Origin: Thermodesulfobacteriota bacterium
GTDB lineage: Bacteria; Desulfobacterota_D; UBA1144; Nemesobacterales; JAJCZQ01
Length of the DNA stretch: 64,000 nucleotides
Reading direction: 5' to 3'
Assembly (NCBI GenBank): GCA_965215275.1
Contig: OZ244044.1
Location: 832,001 to 896,000, forward strand
Position numbers and translations under genes: made by a program. Of the stretch, positions 1 through 10,822 are shown in pieces (position 1 is the stretch's first letter; each line of letters begins with the position of its first letter). The notes beneath the pieces are model-generated. The model was not told where the DNA came from and did not search any database. It saw only the letters and a list, made by a program, of their open reading frames with translations.

Positions 1-439
1 ATCCAAACGTTCCTTCACTTATTACAGACCCTTCAACTTCGGCAGTACTTAACTTACCTTTTTTAATAACTTGCATACGGATCACATCTCCTCCGCTTTG
101 TCTTTTTGACCCTTCCTGCTTTTTTGACCTTCTTTTATAACATCATCAGTTCCACTTCTTATTTTATCCGCTTCATCATTGGTCGATACAACTATCATTG
201 AGGATTTTATTAATCCACCATTTAATGTAAATTATAAAATCATCTCCTAAGTTGAGAACAAATTTAACATTATATTGCTGAATAAGATTAGGAAAGGACA
301 ACCTTGTGTTGTGTGGACTATACAAGTCCTGAAGGATTTGAGAATTTATCAAATTTAAGTAACAGAACTAGTGCCTACTACCGAAACAATAAAGATTGTG
401 TAAAGCAATCTTTATAAATCCCTGAATTTTTTGAAGGGT

Positions 440-817
440 CTATTTTCCTTTGTTATCTACCTCTTCTTCTCCAAACCATTCATTGACTTTGTGTTTGGCC
501 TTGTCTTTCATTTCGTCAGTTATGTATGCAGCAACCGTTGCAACGGCTACAACGATAACCCCGTAATCGTCTATGAGACCACCTGGTAACAAATCTGGAA
601 CGGCATCTACGGGAGAGATGAAGTAACCAAGCGCACCAGTTATGACACTTTTTGCCCAAATTGGTGTTTCAGGAGACTGAAGTGCATAATAAAGTTGAAG
701 TGCCAACTCTACACACTCTCTTCCAGCCTTGATTGCGTATTTTTTAGCCTTACTCCAAAAACCTTCTTTGGAATAGTGCTCCGAATAACCAATTTTAACG
801 TTATCTTTATCGCTCAT
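440..817 (-). CDS. YkvA/DUF1232 family membrane protein, copy 1
   Basis: GALGYFISPVDAVPD..GLIDD motif; likely start MSDKDN at 817. Confidence 0.85.
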   Translation of the reverse strand: MSDKDNVKIGYSEHYSKEGFWSKAKKYAIKAGRECVELALQLYYALQSPETPIWAKSVITGALGYFISPVDAVPDLLPGGLIDDYGVIVVAVATVAAYITDEMKDKAKHKVNEWFGEEEVDNKGK

Positions 818-878
818 AATTATTCTCCACTTTGTAAAATATGGGAATAATATATTTTGAGTAATTAAGAAAATCAAC

Positions 879-993
879 TGAGGATTTCAACAAAGCAATT
901 GCATTAAACCGGGACTTTGCATAAACTTACAATAACCGCGGACTGACTTACGCCGTAACAGGAGTCTATGATAAAGCCATTAAGGATTTCAAC
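879..993 (+). pseudogene. TPR gene fragment (second copy about 1602-1716)
   Basis: Similar to about 5975-6085, sharing aaccgcggactgacttacgccgtaac; contains an in-frame stop. Confidence 0.75.
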
Positions 994-1165
994 TTTACTC
1001 TTTACTGGTAAAGCAGCAACATCAAACTGAAAAATTTCTCTGTATGAATCCTGATGGAAAATGAAAATTTATCAAATTTAAGGAACAAAAACAGTTCCTG
1101 CTACCAAAACAATAAAAATTGTGTCAAGCAATCTTTAGAATTTTTGAAGGGTCTATTTTCCTTTA

Positions 1166-1540
1166 TTATTTTCCTTTATTATTTTCCTCTTCTCCAAACA
1201 ACTCGTTGACTTTGTGTTTGGCTTTGTCTTTCATTTCGTCAGTTATGTATGCAGCAACCGTTGCAACGGCTACAACGATAACCCCGTAATCGTCTATGAG
1301 ACCACCTGGTAACAAATCTGGAACGGCATCTACGGGAGAGATGAAGTAACCAAGCGCACCAGTTATGACACTTTTTGCCCAAATTGGTGTTTCAGGAGAC
1401 TGAAGTGCATAATAAAGTTGAAGTGCCAACTCTACACACTCTCTTCCAGCCTTGATTGCGTATTTTTTAGCCTTACTCCAAAAACCTTCTTTGGAATAGT
1501 GCTCCGAATAACCAATTTTAACGTTATCTTTATCGCTCAT
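1166..1540 (-). CDS. YkvA/DUF1232 family protein, copy 2
   Basis: Nearly identical to copy 1. Confidence 0.85.
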   Translation of the reverse strand: MSDKDNVKIGYSEHYSKEGFWSKAKKYAIKAGRECVELALQLYYALQSPETPIWAKSVITGALGYFISPVDAVPDLLPGGLIDDYGVIVVAVATVAAYITDEMKDKAKHKVNELFGEEENNKGK

Positions 1541-1888
1541 AATTATTCTCCACTTTGTAAAATATGGGAATAATATATTTTGAGTAATTAAGAAAATCAA
1601 CTGAGGATTTCAACAAAGCAATTGCATTAAACCGGGACTTTGCATAAACTTACAATAACCGCGGACTGACTTACGCCGTAACAGGAGTCTATGATAAAGC
1701 CATTAAGGATTTCAACTTTACTCTTTACTGGTAAAGCAGCAACATCAAACTGAAAAATTTCTCTGTATGAATCCTGATGGAAAATGAAAATTTATCAAAT
1801 TTAAGGAACAAAAACAGTTCCTGCTACCAAAACAATAAAAATTGTGTCAAGCAATCTTTAGAATTTTTGAAGGGTCTATTTTCCTTTA

Positions 1889-2341
1889 TTATTTTCCTTT
1901 ATTATTTTCCTCTTCTCCAAACAACTCGTTGACTTTGTGTTTGGCTTTGTCTTTCATTTCGTCAGTTATGCACCCTGCAACCGTTCTAACGGCTAAAACC
2001 AAAACCCCAAAATCATCTGTGAAACCAACAATTGGCGAAAAATCCGGAATGGCATCTAAGGGAAGGATGAAGTAACCAAGTGGACCAGTTATGACAATTT
2101 TTGCCCAATTTGGTGTTTCAGGAGACTGAAGTGCATAATAAAGTTGAAGTGCCAATTCTACACACTTTCTTACAGCTTTGATTGCACATTTTTTTAACTT
2201 ATTCCAAAAACCTTTTTCAGAATAGTGCTTAGAGTAATTTAGCTTACTCCAAAAACTTTTTTCAGAATAGTATTTCGAATAACGTTGAAATGCCCACTTT
2301 ACACATTTTCTTTTAGTAATGTTATCTTCATCGCTCATCAT
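1889..2341 (-). CDS. YkvA/DUF1232 family protein, copy 3 (diverged)
   Basis: GYFILPLDAIPDFSPIVGFTDD; duplicated YSEK.FW motif. Confidence 0.8.
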   Translation of the reverse strand: MMSDEDNITKRKCVKWAFQRYSKYYSEKSFWSKLNYSKHYSEKGFWNKLKKCAIKAVRKCVELALQLYYALQSPETPNWAKIVITGPLGYFILPLDAIPDFSPIVGFTDDFGVLVLAVRTVAGCITDEMKDKAKHKVNELFGEEENNKGK

Positions 2342-2706
2342 TATTCTCCATTTTGTAAAATAATATACTTTTAGTAAGCAAGAAAGGTCAACAGGGGCTT
2401 TGCCTCTGTTAATCCAACTACCTTTTGTATCCAACTATTAAATCTGGATTTTTCCATTCGGTCTTTGTAAGAATTACAGTTAGTTGCATACCTCTTTTGT
2501 TTACAGATAAAGCATACTGCTCTAACAGATTTTTCAGAGTAGAATATTATGAAAGGAATTATATACAAAAATACATTAATCTTTACTTTTGATAGAATAA
2601 GTGCTTTAATAAGAAGTTCAGTGGGTAAAAAATCAACTTACTCAGATTTAACGCTATGAAAAAACCTATAACTCTCAGAAAGCATAAACGCTAAAAACAA
2701 GCAACG

Positions 2707-3568
2707 ATGAAAGGTTCTACCCCCCCCCTACAATCACAGGACGCTCTCAAATAGGGATTACATAAATAAAATCACCTGTGGTGATACTTTAAAACTTATC
2801 CATACTATTGAACCGAAAAGTATCAATCTTATCATAACCAGTCCTCCGTATTTCGGATGCAGAATCTACGGAAATGAAACACTTGGAAGGGAAACTGACC
2901 CCAGAGAATATATAAAAAATATATTAACTTTTACGGATGAATTTAAGCGAGTTTTACATAGTGAAGGCTCATTTTATCTGAACATTGGAGATGTTTATTT
3001 TGGTTCAAAGGGATTTATTAGAAATAAAGGGAAATATGCAAGAAAGACAGACAAACATTATAAAGTTCATAAGATAGTTAAACCTGATGGCAGGTATTTA
3101 CAATACAAACAGCTACTCATGATACCTGAGAGAATCGCCATAGGAATGCAAGAGCAAGGCTGGATATTAAGGAATAAAATAATATGGGAAAAACCCAACC
3201 CCGTACCCAGTTATTCACCTGACAGACGTTACCCTGTTTATGAACATTTCTTTCATTTTGTAAAATCCAGAAAGTATTATTTTGATTTAAAGAAAGCACA
3301 GAAGATTAATCACCATAGGGATGTCATTAGAAATGGAATAGAACCTTTTGGCAGCCATCAAGCCACTTATCCTCTATCTCTTATAAAACCATTCATATAT
3401 ACCACTTCAAAAGAAGGAGATATTGTTCTCGATCCTTTTATGGGAAGCGGTACGACCGCAGTTGCCTGTACAGAGCTTAACAGAAAATTTATAGGGTTTG
3501 AGATCAATCCAGAATTTTGTAAAGAAGCTATGGATAGACTGGAAGAAAATGGAAGATTGTTTTCCTAA
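2707..3568 (+). CDS. N4/N6 DNA methyltransferase (beta class), frameshifted at a C9 tract (2720-2728)
   Basis: The frame of ORF 3119 extends upstream through ITCGD..TSPPYFG and ends with DPFMGSGTT; ATG 2707 joins this frame only if the tract is C8. Confidence 0.85.
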
Positions 3569-3580
3569 TTGGAAATATAG

Positions 3581-4726
3581 ATGCCGTTAATTTCCACTCA
3601 AAAATGTGAGATATTTCAAAATTCCAAAAAAATCGATCTATATTCTTCTTATTTACAATCTATGGCGAGTTTATCCAGATTATTTAGTAATAAGGACGTT
3701 CCTTATTTGCCATATAGAGCAGTTGAAAATATTTTCTGTAAAGCATTTAACGTTGATAATCTTTCCAGAGATGATCTTGCTTACGATGCTAAAGTGGGAA
3801 GTATTGCTTGGGGAATAAAAACCTTCGCTTCTGAATATAAAAAATCACAACAAAAAATATCTGAATTTAATGTTAACAATCAAGAGCTTAAAAAACTTAA
3901 AGGTGAAGAATTAGTTGCTCGTATAGCAGAATTGAGAAATGAAAGAATCATTTTTGCCAATAAAAACTACAAAATCGACAAGGCTTATTATCACTGTGTC
4001 GTGAGGCAGAAAAATGTATTGAAGATTTTTGAAGAACCATACGAGTTTATAGATATTAATAAGATCACAAATATAAGAAGTACCAATCCCAGCATATCTT
4101 TTAAAGATAATAACAATGAATATAGCTTTAATTTTTCTAAAAGTACTCTACTTAAAAAATTCTATACACCAGAAAATACATTAGACATAGATGTAGAAAT
4201 AATTGATTCTCCTTTAGAACTACTAGATGAGATTATTCGTCAGCTATCAGAATTCAGAAAACCCGTACAAGAGAATTTTGTCATATTACCTTTATACTCC
4301 ACTCGTAGTAGAGACCAAAAGACAATTCCAGAGAGAAGTGGTTTAAACCAGTGGAATGCCGGTGGTAGAGAAAGAGACTATGGAGAGGTTTATATTCCCA
4401 TTCCGCAGAACATACATAAAAAATATCCCAATTTCTTCCCCAACAGGAATGTATCTTTTAACTTGATAGTGCCAAGTGGGGAAATATTATCTGCAAAGGT
4501 GTGTCAAGACAATAGCAAGGCATTAATGACAAACCCTAATAATGCTTTAAGTGAATGGATGTTGAGAGATGTGCTGAGGCTACAAGAAGGTGAACTTTTA
4601 ACTTATAAAAAATTATTAACTCTGGGAATAGATAGTATGAAAGTAGTAAAAGTGGACAAAGAAAACTATAAAATTAATTTTTCCAAGATAGGAAGTTATG
4701 AAGAGTTTATAAACCATGAGCGTTAG
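3581..4726 (+). CDS. Restriction endonuclease, NgoFVII-like family
   Basis: SGLNQWNAGGR..EVYIPIP and KALMTNPN motifs; follows the methyltransferase. Confidence 0.75.
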   Translation: MPLISTQKCEIFQNSKKIDLYSSYLQSMASLSRLFSNKDVPYLPYRAVENIFCKAFNVDNLSRDDLAYDAKVGSIAWGIKTFASEYKKSQQKISEFNVNNQELKKLKGEELVARIAELRNERIIFANKNYKIDKAYYHCVVRQKNVLKIFEEPYEFIDINKITNIRSTNPSISFKDNNNEYSFNFSKSTLLKKFYTPENTLDIDVEIIDSPLELLDEIIRQLSEFRKPVQENFVILPLYSTRSRDQKTIPERSGLNQWNAGGRERDYGEVYIPIPQNIHKKYPNFFPNRNVSFNLIVPSGEILSAKVCQDNSKALMTNPNNALSEWMLRDVLRLQEGELLTYKKLLTLGIDSMKVVKVDKENYKINFSKIGSYEEFINHER

Positions 4727-4879
4727 TTAACTCCATTAATTTTGTTTCTGAAAAAATTCCCTGTACGAATCCTGATGGAGAATGAAAATTTATCAATTTT
4801 AAGGAACAAAGACAATTCCTGTTACCGAAACAATAAAGATTGTGTCAAGCAATATAAATCCCTGAATTTTTTGAAGAGT

Positions 4880-5215
4880 CTATTCTCCTTTATTATCTTC
4901 CTTTTCTTCTCCAAACCACTCGTTGACTTTGTCTTTGGCTTTGTTTTTCATTTCGTCAGTTATGTATTTAGCAACCGTTCTACGGGCTAAAACGAGAACC
5001 ACATAATCATCTACGAAGCCAATAATTGGTAAAAAATCGGGAATGACATCTAAGGGAAGAATGAAGTAACCAAGTGCACCATATATAACATTTTTTGCCC
5101 AAATTGGTGTTTCAGGAGACTGAAGTGCATAATAAAGTTGAAGTGCCAATTCTACACACTCTCTTCCAGCCTTGATTGCGTATTTTTTAGCAACATTATC
5201 TCCATCACTCATCAT
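4880..5215 (-). CDS. YkvA/DUF1232 family protein, copy 4
   Basis: GALGYFILPLDVIPDFLPIIGFVDD. Confidence 0.85.
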   Translation of the reverse strand: MMSDGDNVAKKYAIKAGRECVELALQLYYALQSPETPIWAKNVIYGALGYFILPLDVIPDFLPIIGFVDDYVVLVLARRTVAKYITDEMKNKAKDKVNEWFGEEKEDNKGE

Positions 5216-5668
5216 TATTCTCCATTTTGTAAAATATGGAAAATAATATACTTTTAGTAAGGAAGAAAGGTCAACAGGGACTTTGCCTCTGTTGACCCAG
5301 TTACTTTTTTTATCCTACTCTTAAATCTGGATTTCTCCATTCGGTCTTTTTTAAGAATTACAGTTATTTAATACTCTTTTCGTTTACAGATAAAGCATGC
5401 TGCTCTAAAAGATCTTTCAGAGTAGAGTATTATGAATATGTCTAATATAATCTCTAAGCATTTGTAAGATTACAGAGTGAGTACAGACGATACCATGTGT
5501 TTTTTATGTCTACTTCCCTTAAAAACCAAGGGATAGAGTAATTTATTCCATGACCCATATAAAAAACGTCATCAAAATAAGATTAAGATTGAAAATCAGA
5601 CTTTATAAACCATTGGCAATTTTTGTTGTATAATATCCAAGCAAAAACATAACTTCCGGAGAATAAAC

Positions 5669-6379
5669 ATGGACAAACCAAATACTTCGTCAGAACCAAA
5701 AGACGCAGAAGGATACTTTGAACGCGGAAACGATCTTTTGAACAAAGGAGAGGCTTTTAAAGCCATTGATGATTTCAACGAGGCGATCGAATTAAAAAGG
5801 GACTTTGCAGAGGCTTACAACCACTGTGGAATTGCTTACGATAGCGTGGGAAAATACGACAAAGCAGCCGAATACTACGATAAGGCAATTAAAACAAACC
5901 CAGACTATGCCGATGCCTATGCCAACCGCGGGATACTTTACGCAAGGAACAGCAGTCTGAGCAGAGCCGTGGCGGATTTCACCAAGGCAATCGAACTTGA
6001 TCCTGACTTTGCAGAGGCTTACAACAACCGCGGACTGACTTACGCCGTAACGGGAGCCTATGATAAAGCCATTGAGGATTTTAGCAAAACACTCAAATTG
6101 ATACCGGAATATGACGAGGTGTTTAACAACCGAGGGCTTGCGTATCTGGACATGGGTAAACACGATGAAGCCGTTGCAGACTTCACAAGTGCAATCGAAC
6201 TTAAAGCGGACTTCGCCGATGCTTTTTACAATCGAGGTCTGACCTATAAGACCTTGAAGAAGGTCCCACAAGCTCATAACGACCTCCAGGAAGCCTTAAA
6301 ACTGGCAGGCAGGACCGGCAACACTCACCTTGACCAGCTTGCAAGGAGGCAGCTGAGCTCCCTGACCTTATCAGAGTAA
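5669..6379 (+). CDS. Tetratricopeptide repeat protein
   Basis: Repeated 34-aa [16 protein letters not shown] units. Confidence 0.9.
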   Translation: MDKPNTSSEPKDAEGYFERGNDLLNKGEAFKAIDDFNEAIELKRDFAEAYNHCGIAYDSVGKYDKAAEYYDKAIKTNPDYADAYANRGILYARNSSLSRAVADFTKAIELDPDFAEAYNNRGLTYAVTGAYDKAIEDFSKTLKLIPEYDEVFNNRGLAYLDMGKHDEAVADFTSAIELKADFADAFYNRGLTYKTLKKVPQAHNDLQEALKLAGRTGNTHLDQLARRQLSSLTLSE

Positions 6380-6434
6380 AGAAAAAAACTCGTAAGCAAG
6401 CTGACCGTATACCGGCTTGAAATATTAAAAAACC

Positions 6435-7550
6435 CTACTGGCCGTTAATTAACTTCTGTTCAAGAAAGCGTTCGCATATCCGGTAGAACGTCACCATGGA
6501 CTCAACGTCGATCCACTCGTCCTTTGCGTGCACGTTCCCTACAACAGGTCTGGAGATAACAACAGGAATGCTGTACTTGGTAATGAACCTTGCATCACTT
6601 GCACCATCTTCATAAACAAAAGAGGCTCTTTCACCCGTTACTTCTTCTATAACGGACTTGAACACATGGTTCGGTTCAAGTTCCAGCGGTTCGGCAGACA
6701 GGATGTTCTCAATTTTAATACTGTCTCCCAGTATAGATGCAGTTTTCGCCTTTATCTGATCGACGGTATAGGGGGCAGGAAAACGTATATCCAGATTGGC
6801 CTTAGCCTTTGCCGGAACGAGATTGATCGTTGTGTTCGGGGTATTCAGGATGGTGAGAGAACAGGTAGGACGCCAGTTGCCACTGCCTGTCTTCAGCGAA
6901 CTGAAATACCGCTTCAGATCCAGGATCTTCTCGATCAAAGTCTCAACTGCATTCGTTCCAAGCCATGGACGTGCCGCATGACTTGAACGCCCGCTGCACG
7001 AAACGTGAAGGTGCATGACGCCCTTTTCCGCCACCGTGATCTCGTTCAGACTGCCGCCGTCGGGATTGATGGCAAGGCCGCATCTCAGTCCGACCTGGTC
7101 GAACAGGTACCCTATTCCCGATTCCCCTCCCTGCTCTTCATCTGAAGTGATCGCAATACCCAAGGACGACCCCGGGTACTTTTTATGAAAATTTGAAAAC
7201 AGTTCAAGCATAACGGACATTGCACCTTTCATATCCCCGCATCCGGAACCAAATATCTTCCCGCTTTTAACTACCGTGTCGTAAGCTCCTATATCGTTGT
7301 GATCAATAACGTCCAGATGAGAGATAAGCAGAATTTCAGGAGCGGTTATACCATAAGGCATGGCTACCAGCGAGGGAACGCCGACCCAGCGGTGTTCCTT
7401 AACCTCTATGCCGTCAGTTCTTTCCACCTGGGACTTAACGAACCCAAAGCACCGTTCAAGGTCGTCAAGCCGGAGAGACGTGCCGGGGATCGAAACAAGT
7501 TCTCTCGTAAGTGCTATCAGCCGTTCTCTTATATCATCAGTCTTGCTCAT
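6435..7550 (-). CDS. M20/DapE/ArgE family metallo-hydrolase
   Basis: SHLDV, GCGDMKG, SDEE and H..DEW motifs. Confidence 0.85.
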   Translation of the reverse strand: MSKTDDIRERLIALTRELVSIPGTSLRLDDLERCFGFVKSQVERTDGIEVKEHRWVGVPSLVAMPYGITAPEILLISHLDVIDHNDIGAYDTVVKSGKIFGSGCGDMKGAMSVMLELFSNFHKKYPGSSLGIAITSDEEQGGESGIGYLFDQVGLRCGLAINPDGGSLNEITVAEKGVMHLHVSCSGRSSHAARPWLGTNAVETLIEKILDLKRYFSSLKTGSGNWRPTCSLTILNTPNTTINLVPAKAKANLDIRFPAPYTVDQIKAKTASILGDSIKIENILSAEPLELEPNHVFKSVIEEVTGERASFVYEDGASDARFITKYSIPVVISRPVVGNVHAKDEWIDVESMVTFYRICERFLEQKLINGQ

Positions 7551-8889
7551 AATACCATTTCATGGGTAATTTATCCTGAAGACCATTAAGGGTCTCCAGA
7601 CATATCTGCAGATCCTTTCCCAAAAACAGGAACTGACCTTTTGTGACCTTTCTGCCACTGTCCAGATTAAAGTTTATAGGTAAGAACCCCTGGTCCTTTC
7701 CGGGATAGAACAGCACGTCACATTTATCCATGGTCTCAAGCAGCTGCTCTCCACTTATGTGCCTGTTAGTTTCCAGGTTGCTCATGATCCATGCCCCTTC
7801 GGACATGAAATAACGAGCCAGTATGGACGGATAGGTAGCACCGGTCACTCTGGCGTTCACCTCGCATACAAAGACCTCTTCCAGTCCATCTTTGAAAGTA
7901 ACTATAAAATCAACCCCTGCCATACCTCTGTATCCTTGCGAAAAGAGCCACTTACCGACAACGGCAGACTGACGAAGCATCTCATCCCTCAGGTCGGAAC
8001 GAGGTTCTAGATACGGAGGTGGAGAAAGATTGCCCTGATGGATGCTCTGACTGGACAGTATCTGCTCCGTAACGTCATAGATGAAGACGCTGTCTTCACC
8101 AATAAAGACCTGAACGCTTGGTGAGTAAACTTCCCTGATACCGTTAATGCCCGGTTCAAGCCAGCCCTGCACCATACAGCCTCCTTCCCAGAACATGTAT
8201 CCGGGCAGGTTTATATTACGTTCGGACGTATCCACTTTGACCATGCCTACTCCGGAAGCTCCTATCTGGGACTTTACAACGGCGGTCTTATATCCTTTTT
8301 TCTCAAGCGACCTTATACATGGTACAACGCCGTCGTTAGAGGCTGCTATCTCGGTGTCGCATATCGGCATGCTTTTTTCCTTCAGATAGTTGTAAAGTGC
8401 AAGTTTGTTATTGCACAGGCGGCTGGAATCAGTGGTATTGAAGCAGTTCTTACCCAGCTTCAGGGACCATTTTATCAAAGTCTCATCAGTTACGAACCCA
8501 TCAACGGATCCGGCAGGATGCCGGGACACCTTTTCTGCAAACAGTCTGGCTTTATTACTAACCCTGTCCTTATCGACCGAATAAAAATCCTCATAAGACA
8601 ACAGTTCAACGTGCGGAAGCTGTAATTTCAGGTCCTTGCTGAAGTATTTCTGTATCGACCGGGAAGGTTCATTTGCCAGTACCAGCAGATTTTCCTGGCC
8701 TTTATATACAATGTTTATTATCGGCAGCAGCCTGCCACCGTAAGTCTTAACCCCATGGACCGCTTCCTGAAGATGGTTCAGCTTTGCTTTATTTCCAAAA
8801 AAAAGCGACTTCAGATTAACAAAAAATACGACCGACCTGTCCCAGAAGTTCGGCAGTTTTCCCGGATGTACGTTTACATTCAAAGACAA
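7537..8889 (-). CDS. ATP-grasp fold ligase (PGM1-like)
   Basis: VVK...GASGVG, GVDFIV and CEVNARVTGATY motifs. Confidence 0.7.
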   Translation of the reverse strand: MSLNVNVHPGKLPNFWDRSVVFFVNLKSLFFGNKAKLNHLQEAVHGVKTYGGRLLPIINIVYKGQENLLVLANEPSRSIQKYFSKDLKLQLPHVELLSYEDFYSVDKDRVSNKARLFAEKVSRHPAGSVDGFVTDETLIKWSLKLGKNCFNTTDSSRLCNNKLALYNYLKEKSMPICDTEIAASNDGVVPCIRSLEKKGYKTAVVKSQIGASGVGMVKVDTSERNINLPGYMFWEGGCMVQGWLEPGINGIREVYSPSVQVFIGEDSVFIYDVTEQILSSQSIHQGNLSPPPYLEPRSDLRDEMLRQSAVVGKWLFSQGYRGMAGVDFIVTFKDGLEEVFVCEVNARVTGATYPSILARYFMSEGAWIMSNLETNRHISGEQLLETMDKCDVLFYPGKDQGFLPINFNLDSGRKVTKGQFLFLGKDLQICLETLNGLQDKLPMKWYYEQD

Positions 8890-8931
8890 TTAATGCTCCT
8901 GATCAACGACAGGTCGACTTAATATAGTTCT

Positions 8932-9438
8932 CTATAACTTATTCCCGTAAAGGTTCAGATGAAAGACCTCTTCGGGAGCTTTTCTGTACTTGTGGTGCGT
9001 TATCATCCTTTTGTCAAAATAACCAAAAGGCAGAACGGTTAAAACGTTCCATCTGTCGGGTATGTTAAGAGATCGTTTGAGCCCATCAGTTTCAATTCTG
9101 CCTATCCAGCAGGAACCCAGACCCAAGCTCCATGCGACCAGCACCATGTTCTGAACCGCTCTTGTCGTGTCTATTTCGTGCCATTTTGACCCCGGGTCGG
9201 TCAAAACGACCACTCCAAAAGCAGACTGCGATATGAACCGTCCGCTTATACAGTACGGTTCCATCTCTTTTAACTTCTTCTTATCCGTGATCAGAATAAA
9301 CTCCCAAGGCTGATCATTATGAGCACTGGGAGCCAGTCTTCCTGCTTCAAGCACTTTCTGTATGACCTCTGAACTAACTTCCCTGTCGTGATAACTTCTG
9401 ACCGAACTTAATGTTGAAACACACTCGAGAACTTCCAT
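8932..9438 (-). CDS. Nitroreductase family protein
   Basis: SVRSY, APSAHNDQPW and GLGSCW motifs. Confidence 0.9.
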   Translation of the reverse strand: MEVLECVSTLSSVRSYHDREVSSEVIQKVLEAGRLAPSAHNDQPWEFILITDKKKLKEMEPYCISGRFISQSAFGVVVLTDPGSKWHEIDTTRAVQNMVLVAWSLGLGSCWIGRIETDGLKRSLNIPDRWNVLTVLPFGYFDKRMITHHKYRKAPEEVFHLNLYGNKL

Positions 9439-9528
9439 TGATGCCCCTCGCGTTTTAAGTTTTGCAGGTATACTATAAATGATTTAACATATTAGTTAAC
9501 CCTGATTTACTTTTTTAATTGTCGTTTT

Positions 9529-9552
9529 GGGAATTATTAAGAAAAGTTGACA
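9529..9552. mobile_element. IS1595-like terminal sequence bounding the methyltransferase/HNH island
   Basis: gggaattattaagaaaagttgaca resembles the TIR at 37665. Confidence 0.6.
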
Positions 9553-9730
9553 AAATACTATAACTTTCCTTAATCTTGAACTTTTTTAATAGACGGTTTA
9601 CCCTTTGAATTTACAGTTAAAGTAAACCGTTGGTCCAACTGTTCGGTGGAACTGCACTTGTGTCAAGAAGCGACATTACCGCTTTATCTAATTTGTTCCA
9701 CTCTGCTTTTTACTCACTATGTTTCTACTG

Positions 9731-10819
9731 TTATTTTCCTGACTTTCGTCTGTTGCAATCCCTACATAACATCTGACAATTACTCTCTTCTGTCTTTCCG
9801 CCCTCATTCCAAGGAGTTATGTGGTCCCCTTCCATCTGTTTTATATCAAACTTCTTGTTGCACTTAGGACAAACTCCTTCCTGCTTTTGATATACTTTCA
9901 GTTTCATCGAATCTGAAAATGAACGAATATTTAAATACCTCTCATCTCTTGTTAATACATAAGGATATATTCCCTTCTTATTTGTTACATCATCATCTAA
10001 TATCAAATCTTTCATCTCTTCTTCTAATTTATCAGGATCATATTTGTTATTTTTATATGTGTTATAAAGTGTTCCCCAATCCACACCTTTCATTATCGTC
10101 CTCTTTTCTCCTGTAAATGTTGTCTCTATCCAATTTATCACCTTATTAAAATGCTCCCATAATTCTTTAGCATCATTTTTATGTTTAGCCTGATGAGCCA
10201 TATATTCTTCAATTTTGTTATCACTGATCCACTTTATTGCAGTTTGTAGATACTCTTGTCTTATGGGAGATCCGTTCAAGTATTTTCTTCCTATACCATA
10301 AGCAGAACATCCATTTTTACTGAAATATCTTTTAGCATCTGTAACCCAAGACCCTGAATAAACCGCATTTCTCAACTCTTGTTCTGTTAATTTCTCACCC
10401 GCTATGTTGATCGTTCTAAACCAATCCAACTTCTCAGTGTCCGTTCCGCTACAAAAATAAACCATAAGTTTATAGTTCAATATCTGGTTTTGTTTATCGT
10501 CTTTTAAATTGTCAAAATACATACTGTTAAATGAAAAAGTGCCATTTACATATTGACAGATAGATATTGTCCTTTGTTGTCCATCAATTATCTCAAAGTT
10601 ACCATCTTCTTTGTCCGCCCAATACATAACATTAAGCGGAAAATCTTGAGTTATTGTATTTATAACTGCATCTCTCTCTTTCGTATTGTAAATGAACTCC
10701 CGCTGATACGGAGGTCTTATATCCAACTTTCCACCATATCCAAATACTCCATCATTTCCCTTGTCTGTATATCCTTCAGTTAGTTTACGGACTGTAATTT
10801 CTTTGAGTTTGATTTTCAT
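9731..10819 (-). CDS. DUF262 (GmrSD N-terminal/ParB-like) plus HNH endonuclease
   Basis: PPYQR, IDGQQR, F..IN, and C-terminal CPKC..DHI.P...GG.T...NCQMLC..CN. Confidence 0.85.
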   Translation of the reverse strand: MKIKLKEITVRKLTEGYTDKGNDGVFGYGGKLDIRPPYQREFIYNTKERDAVINTITQDFPLNVMYWADKEDGNFEIIDGQQRTISICQYVNGTFSFNSMYFDNLKDDKQNQILNYKLMVYFCSGTDTEKLDWFRTINIAGEKLTEQELRNAVYSGSWVTDAKRYFSKNGCSAYGIGRKYLNGSPIRQEYLQTAIKWISDNKIEEYMAHQAKHKNDAKELWEHFNKVINWIETTFTGEKRTIMKGVDWGTLYNTYKNNKYDPDKLEEEMKDLILDDDVTNKKGIYPYVLTRDERYLNIRSFSDSMKLKVYQKQEGVCPKCNKKFDIKQMEGDHITPWNEGGKTEESNCQMLCRDCNRRKSGK

Positions 10820-10822
10820 AAT

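Larger units (their letters stand above)
503..1969. repeat. Near-perfect tandem duplication, period 723 bp (DUF1232 gene plus TPR fragment)
   Basis: 541 matches 1264 and 1081 matches 1804; boundaries approximate. Confidence 0.85.

Noticed and set aside
1..245. Possible gene start on the minus strand at the window edge
   Set aside because: Too short to identify.
9592..9630. Inverted repeat acggtttac..gtaaaccgt
   Set aside because: Short stem with a long loop; no function can be assigned.
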